The position numbers and the translations under genes are program-made. 64,000 bases of DNA from contig OZ037772.1 in assembly GCA_964035545.1 (NCBI GenBank), forward strand, positions 12,274,818-12,338,817. The letters run 5' to 3'. The notes beneath the pieces were generated by a model. It made no database searches. It saw nothing but the letters and a program-made list of their open reading frames with translations, and had not been told where the DNA came from. The DNA comes from Bugula neritina. Its lineage: Eukaryota > Animalia > Bryozoa. Every line of letters starts with the position of its first letter. Positions within the stretch are counted from its first letter, which is position 1. Below, one piece after another: positions 58,451 to 64,000 of the stretch.

Positions 58451-59416
58451 TATACTGTGCATGTTGTTATTATAGTAACCAAACAAATTAATTGTAGCTG
58501 CACAGTTAGTTTAAGGTCATTACTTTCCAGATGCAGGCACTGCTTTATGTTATATATAAACGGTTTCCAGGGGATAGCTCGAACAGTTTTTGTCTCACAT
58601 TAACAAATTTTACATGAAAAGATAGCTCTTGCATTCCTCTTTCATATACTTTTTTAATTTTTCAATAAAAAATTTTCTGAGAAAGTTGTTGCATAATAAG
58701 TAAAATTTTACACCCTCCATGTTCTACTGCTGTAGCACAGGGGATTCATTTTATAAAGTCTAAAAGTTAAACTTGACATTCCTTAATATGTTTTCTCTAA
58801 TATACTTTCTTTGTTTTTTGAAATTCTGTTTATGCTCTTCACAATTTGGTAAAAACATACACCATTTTGCAAGTTTCACTGCAATTATCTAAATTCTTCA
58901 TATGGTGGTTCTAGCTACGCTCCTGTGACTAATTATAACATTCCTAGTACGTTTGCCGCTCTGCGCTATCACAATAACATATAGTACCCTCTCGCACAAA
59001 TTGGCAATCTATTGGATTTCTGCCAATATAATGTTCCCTGTTTTACATTAGCACTTAGCTGAATCATCTCACTATGTTACAATCTATTGACAATGCCTCA
59101 GCACAACATAATTCTTTGTTTGTTTGGCAGAGTTAATTTCAGCTAAATCACTTCACTTTGCAGTCTTGTCAGTAAAGGTCTGTCTATAGTGCAGCAGTTG
59201 TACTTCCAGTTTCTCTAATTCACATATGATTATTTTAAGTACATTGTATTCTATAAGATCAATTTAAAGTTTAGCCCAGTGTTCAGTAGCTAAGTATTAT
59301 GCATGTATGTTGTCTTACTGTTGAACAAAAGTTAAAAAAAAACTTTACAATTATAGCCATATTTATTATACATGCGTAGGATTTGCATAAATTGACAAAA
59401 AAAAATGCAGCATAAT

Positions 59417-59479
59417 AGGATTGAACCATGACCAACCAGCTTCTCGCTGACGCCTTTAACCTCTAGACCACGCAGTCAC
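59417..59479 (-). mobile_element. tRNA-like head (SINE fragment or tRNA pseudogene)
   Basis: Minus strand gactgcgtggtctagaggttaaaggcg ... catggttcaatcct: A and B boxes at tRNA spacing, no clean cloverleaf. Confidence 0.5.
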
Positions 59480-61754
59480 CGTTAATAAATTGTCAACTAT
59501 ATGAGTAACTATGAGTACATAAATATTTTGCGCGCAAATGGGTTATAATTATTAGGCTGTCAATTCATGTTGATAGCAGTCAACTGTTGCAATAGTCTCG
59601 GGTTACTAGCAAAGCTAATGGTTTTGAACAAATAACCCAAAAGTTTAAAAATAAGTAGCTTGCGTATTACTAGCTACAAAAACAGGTCTGAAATAGACTG
59701 GTAAAGCAAGCTCTTATTGTAGAGTTTGCAGATGTGCTCTAAAATAAAACTCAAACTGTATGCTATTACATAAGTATTTGTATGCGAGAGATATAAATGG
59801 ACATTACTGAGTTTCTGGAAAACAACATACTTGAAGTTAACTTTGACAATGGTGTTTTCTTTTCATCATAGCTAGCCTATAGCATAAATCTCTAATCATA
59901 TGAATCTTTATGAAGCCCACAGCTCATGTAAGGGTGGCAATGTAATTTGAAACGAACAATTATGTTGCTGCATTGTGTCTAAGGTATATTAGAGAGCAGA
60001 ATTTGGTTTTACTAGCCTACCCCAACGGCATTCTACAATGCAGCTTATATGCTGGCAGTTGTAATAAGTACAGCCGATAGCAAGGTTACTATCACTGCTA
60101 GCTCTGTGCAGTATGTAACCTCTTGAATAATTGCGCCAATTTTAAACTCTTGGAAGTTGGCCAAGTTATCATATCGCAGCCAGCCACCGGAAACAAAGCT
60201 TCAGAGCTATTCATATAATATTATACTGATGCACTTGGTAGCAGAGTGGCTAATCTAATATAGTTCATAGTTCAACACCCTTTACTTTGGGAATACAGCC
60301 TCTTTTTTTAGGTTTACCTTACAAAGCATGAACATATCTAAACTGATATTCTGATAATTTAGAGGTACATTTTGAAAACTAGGTTAATTGCACTTGTTTG
60401 CACAACAACAATAATAAAATAGATATTATGCAGTATAATAAAAACACACATAATACTATATAATATATTATAATGATAATAATATAATATTATAAGTACC
60501 ATTACTGCATTTTATAAATCACATGGTTGCCAAAAAAATGTATCACAAATTTTGTAATTATACATCAAAAATAGAACTATAGCTAGGCAGCAGGTTAGAA
60601 TAGAGTAAATTTTTAAAACATGAAATCATGATTTGACTATTGTTTTATTTAGGCCAACCAACCTAGGAGTACAAGATTGGGTTTTAGCTGACAGTTTATA
60701 ACATTTAGCTTTTGAGCCAGCAGCACTGGCACTTGTGAAGTATAGGCAAAGTTAGTGAAGCGAGACTAACAAGCACTCAAATACAAGGCATATTGAGACA
60801 CAATAACAAGTCAGGAGCGTATAAATTGAAAAGAATGTGGAAGGGGGACTTTGTTTTTCAACAAGCTATAACTTAAACATGAATTGGCTTTTGAAAAAAA
60901 TAAAAAAGTATATTGGAGAACATAAGTTTCTTTATCTTTTCATATTTTTTTTGTTCCTGTGACATTCAACCTGTTCGAGCTATCAGTGGAACATTGTTCA
61001 TATAGAACATAAAGCACCTGGCAAAGAGCCAGAAAATGAAAAGTGTGACCTTAAACTAACTGTGTGTATTATATTTGTTTATTTATTAATTAGTTTGTGA
61101 TGTCACTATAGTAGTTCGTCAGTACAATGCTATAGAGTATAGTGCATTCTAATAGAAATAAACAATATATAATAACTACAAAATAATCTGTTGATACACT
61201 CTTGTAAAATCTTTGAAGTAAGCAACCGAAAACTGGTAAAAGTAACTTGCTTTTAACTTTGCAGTATTTAAAATCGAATAAGAATAAATGTTTTTGTTTA
61301 TTTTTTAATTTAATAAAGTGATAATAAATTTTAAAATTTTGCTGTAATATTATTAGCATGACATATAGTATTTAGATTATAGTGTTATGTATTATTATAC
61401 TTCATAGTCGGTGAATATTCAAATGTATGTCTTTCTGATATGTCATCATCTATAATGTATTTTCTTACGTATGTTTTCAAAGTTGTGTTTGATACATATG
61501 CATACATATTATATATTATACATTTATATACAATATATCATATATAGAATATATAATGCAAAACATATAATATATATATTTATGTATATATTATAAAAAA
61601 ATATAACACAGTATATAGAATATCAAATACAGTACACAATTACACTATTCCCAAGCAATGATAAGTTTATAATAAAGTCACAGTCAACTTTTACTAGAAG
61701 TTGCTTTCTTCTTTCAGATAAGGCAGTGAAGCCAAACGCCTCAACAGAATCTCT

Positions 61755-61787
61755 CCCCCCCCCCCCCCCCCCCCCCCGGCCCCCCCC
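61755..61787. repeat. Poly-C tract (C23-GG-C8)
   Basis: Direct reading. Confidence 0.9.
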
Positions 61788-62363
61788 AAAGAACTACTTC
61801 CACATATGAATAGACAGTTGAGCTACACTGTATAGAGATGCTGTCTCTTTCACAGAACCAACTTAGAAGGTCATGACTGTTGAGAGGCACACTATTGTTA
61901 CTATTACATAAATATATTATACAATGTTATTATTATTTGTTATTTACATAATTACATGTAAAGTTCTCTCTGGTATTATATTTCAGATGTACTTTGTTTG
62001 CTTTGTCCTGTTTCAAACTTCTATAGCAGAATTTTGCTTCATTATTTTAATTGCTCATGTTTTGTGTTCCACTTTGTAATATGTAGATAATGAATAAAGA
62101 TATGTTGAGTAAATAATATATAAATAAAAATATTCTTGTAGCTATGACATGAAAACTGCTTTAGAAATTGTCCCCTTTGCAGCAGGCTAAGTCTGAGATA
62201 TATTTTGTATTGCTTATTCTCTCTAATGAGGTTTATATGAAGTTCTTATACGATCACCAGAGTGTCAAGTTGTAAGGGGGCCCCTCCCCCTTCCTTTTTC
62301 AGGGTTTATATATGCAATCACCATAGCGCAGCTACACTAGCTATAGATTGCATGGCTAGTATA

Positions 62364-62518
62364 GTAACTCCAGATAACACAATAGCGTAGGCTGGTGGGC
62401 CGGTGGGCTGGCGGGCTGGCGGGCTGGCGGGCTGGCGGGCTGGCGGGCTGGCGGGCTGGCGGGCTGGCGGGCTGGTAGGCTGGTAGGGTAACTCCAGATA
62501 ACACAATAGCTTAGGCTG
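62364..62518. repeat. (GGCTGGCG)n 8-bp array between two ~31-bp direct repeats
   Basis: gtaactccagataacacaatagcKtaggctg at 62364 and 62488 enclosing ~12 octamers. Confidence 0.9.
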
Positions 62519-62560
62519 ATAGGCTATTATTAGAAGCTCGGTTCCTAATGTGCCGTATAG

Positions 62561-62742
62561 CAGTCACTATCTTTATGAGAACCTCTAAGAGAAAAGGTTT
62601 TAATATATAAGTACTTTATTTATATTGTGGCACAGGAACAATCATGACTGAAAACCCTTCCTAACAACACCAACAGCCTCTACTGAGACTCAACCACTGA
62701 CCTTGTGTTTACCAAGTCAATACTCTAACTCCTAACTGCTTC
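62561..62742 (-). mobile_element. Degenerate SINE copy
   Basis: gtggcacaggaacaatcatgactgaaaacccttcctaacaacaccaa ... tgtgtttaccaag ... ctgcttc, collinear with 49621-49820. Confidence 0.7.
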
Positions 62743-63610
62743 TTATATGAGGAATGCACAAACAAAATGTTGCTCTGCAGCATAGGGAATACTATAGCTG
62801 CTAGCTGCAAGCCTAATGGTGTCAGAGGTGATATTACAAACTGTTACAAAGCCGGTGTTTCAATATTATTATATTATATTATATGTATTGAATACTGACA
62901 CTTTTATACTGTATTCGTTTTACTGTTACATACGTTTTTTTATTATTATTCTATATTAAAGCATGTTTATAGCTCAAAAGCTTTACTAAAGCTTTTGGTT
63001 GAAGCCTCTCAGAAAACTCCCCCAAACCTGAGATCAGAGACGCTCTAGCTTGTAGACTTGGCTACTAATACACCTACGCGTGGGTAAACTTAACCCTACA
63101 ATTCTAATTTGCAGAATTAAATTAACTATAATTCGAAATTAGAAGGGGAACACTTTACCTGCCTGATGAGAATTCAGTTATTTATTACCTGATACACTGA
63201 TATGGTGGTGTAACAGCTAGGTTGATGGCTTGAAGATGCAATACTGGCAGACATTACAGAATGCCATTGTTTAAATGTTGTTGTTAAATCTAAGTGTGTT
63301 ATCATTCTAGTGGCACCAAAGTTGAGAATACAGACAATACATAAATTCAACATTGGCCCTTGAGGGTAGTAATAACACTTAGAAGCAACTGATAAGAATA
63401 TTTGAGTAGCTAGGAAAGTCTTATATGGAGGTGATAAAACAGTATCATGTATTGATTCCATTGGTTAGTTTATTCCATAGCTATACACTTATCTCATGTT
63501 TACCGTAGCCACCAACCTAGTTATTATAATTACAGGTTGCGAGGTACTGAAAGGGCGAGAGTTAGTAAGTCTACTATAATAAACAGTCTACAGTATATGA
63601 AGTAGAGAAG

Positions 63611-64000
63611 ATGTCAGTTGAGAAGGTTTGGGAAAAGCTAAAAGACTACATTATAGAAGGTGATGTGGATAAGTTCAAAGATACACTGACTTCTCTGTCT
63701 GCTGAGGATAGATTGGAAGTACTTTGTATGCAGAATTTCATTTCCTACCAAGGTAAAACAGTCATCAGTACTACAGTAATGCATATAGCAGCAGAAGGAG
63801 GTCATACAGAGACAGTGAAATGTATTCTAGACTCTGTACCAGCAGCTGACCTGTACAAACTACTCACTATACAGGATAGAAATGATAAGTCAGCTGTACA
63901 CAGAGCAGCAGAAAGAGGTCATACAGAGACAGTGAAATGTATTCTAGACTCTGTACCAGCAGCTGACCTGTACAAACTACTCACTATACAGGATAGAAAT
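63611..64000 (+). CDS. Ankyrin-repeat protein, 5' part (open to window edge; absent from ORF track)
   Basis: Stop-free 130 codons MSVEKVWEKL...TVMHIAAEGGHTETVKCILDSVPAADLYKLLTIQDRNDKSAVHRAAERGHTETVKCILD...; ankyrin HxAAxxGH..V..L motif; 117-bp repeat unit. Confidence 0.85.
   Translation, partial: MSVEKVWEKLKDYIIEGDVDKFKDTLTSLSAEDRLEVLCMQNFISYQGKTVISTTVMHIAAEGGHTETVKCILDSVPAADLYKLLTIQDRNDKSAVHRAAERGHTETVKCILDSVPAADLYKLLTIQDRN

Noticed and set aside
59700-60300. Degraded transposase-like stretch
   Set aside because: Stops in the frames examined and no recognisable motif; needs blastx.

Overview
AT-rich, intron-dense eukaryotic (invertebrate animal) genomic DNA; most ORFs in the supplied track are single exons or repeat artefacts. 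Genes reconstructed by hand from GT-AG sites with consistent phases: two head-to-head stomatin/MEC-2-like (band 7/SPFH) paralogues (8056-12194 -, 13996-22973 +), YIPF5/Yip1 (24257-26856 +), a tetraspanin (28048-31521 -), whirlin (HHD-PDZ-PDZ-HHD-PDZ, 37059-50156 +), a RING/B-box/coiled-coil/beta-propeller TRIM-like gene with one in-frame TAG (51433-55015 +), a truncated paralogue of it (56945-57869 +), and the start of an ankyrin-repeat ORF running off the right edge. Mobile DNA: a ~2.1 kb foldback element with ~800 bp inverted arms, a 343 bp TTA-flanked MITE, and several tRNA-headed SINE copies. The most unusual pattern is that many minisatellites are tandem amplifications of the splice junctions themselves, across three unrelated genes. 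The clearest case is 17 copies of a stomatin 3' splice site, 42 bp each, all in frame and stop-free. Other notable points: a conversion-like tract and shifted intron positions between the stomatin paralogues, and cryptic 3/6-nt periodic tracts next to gene starts. No database searches were run; family calls rest on motifs recognised from memory.
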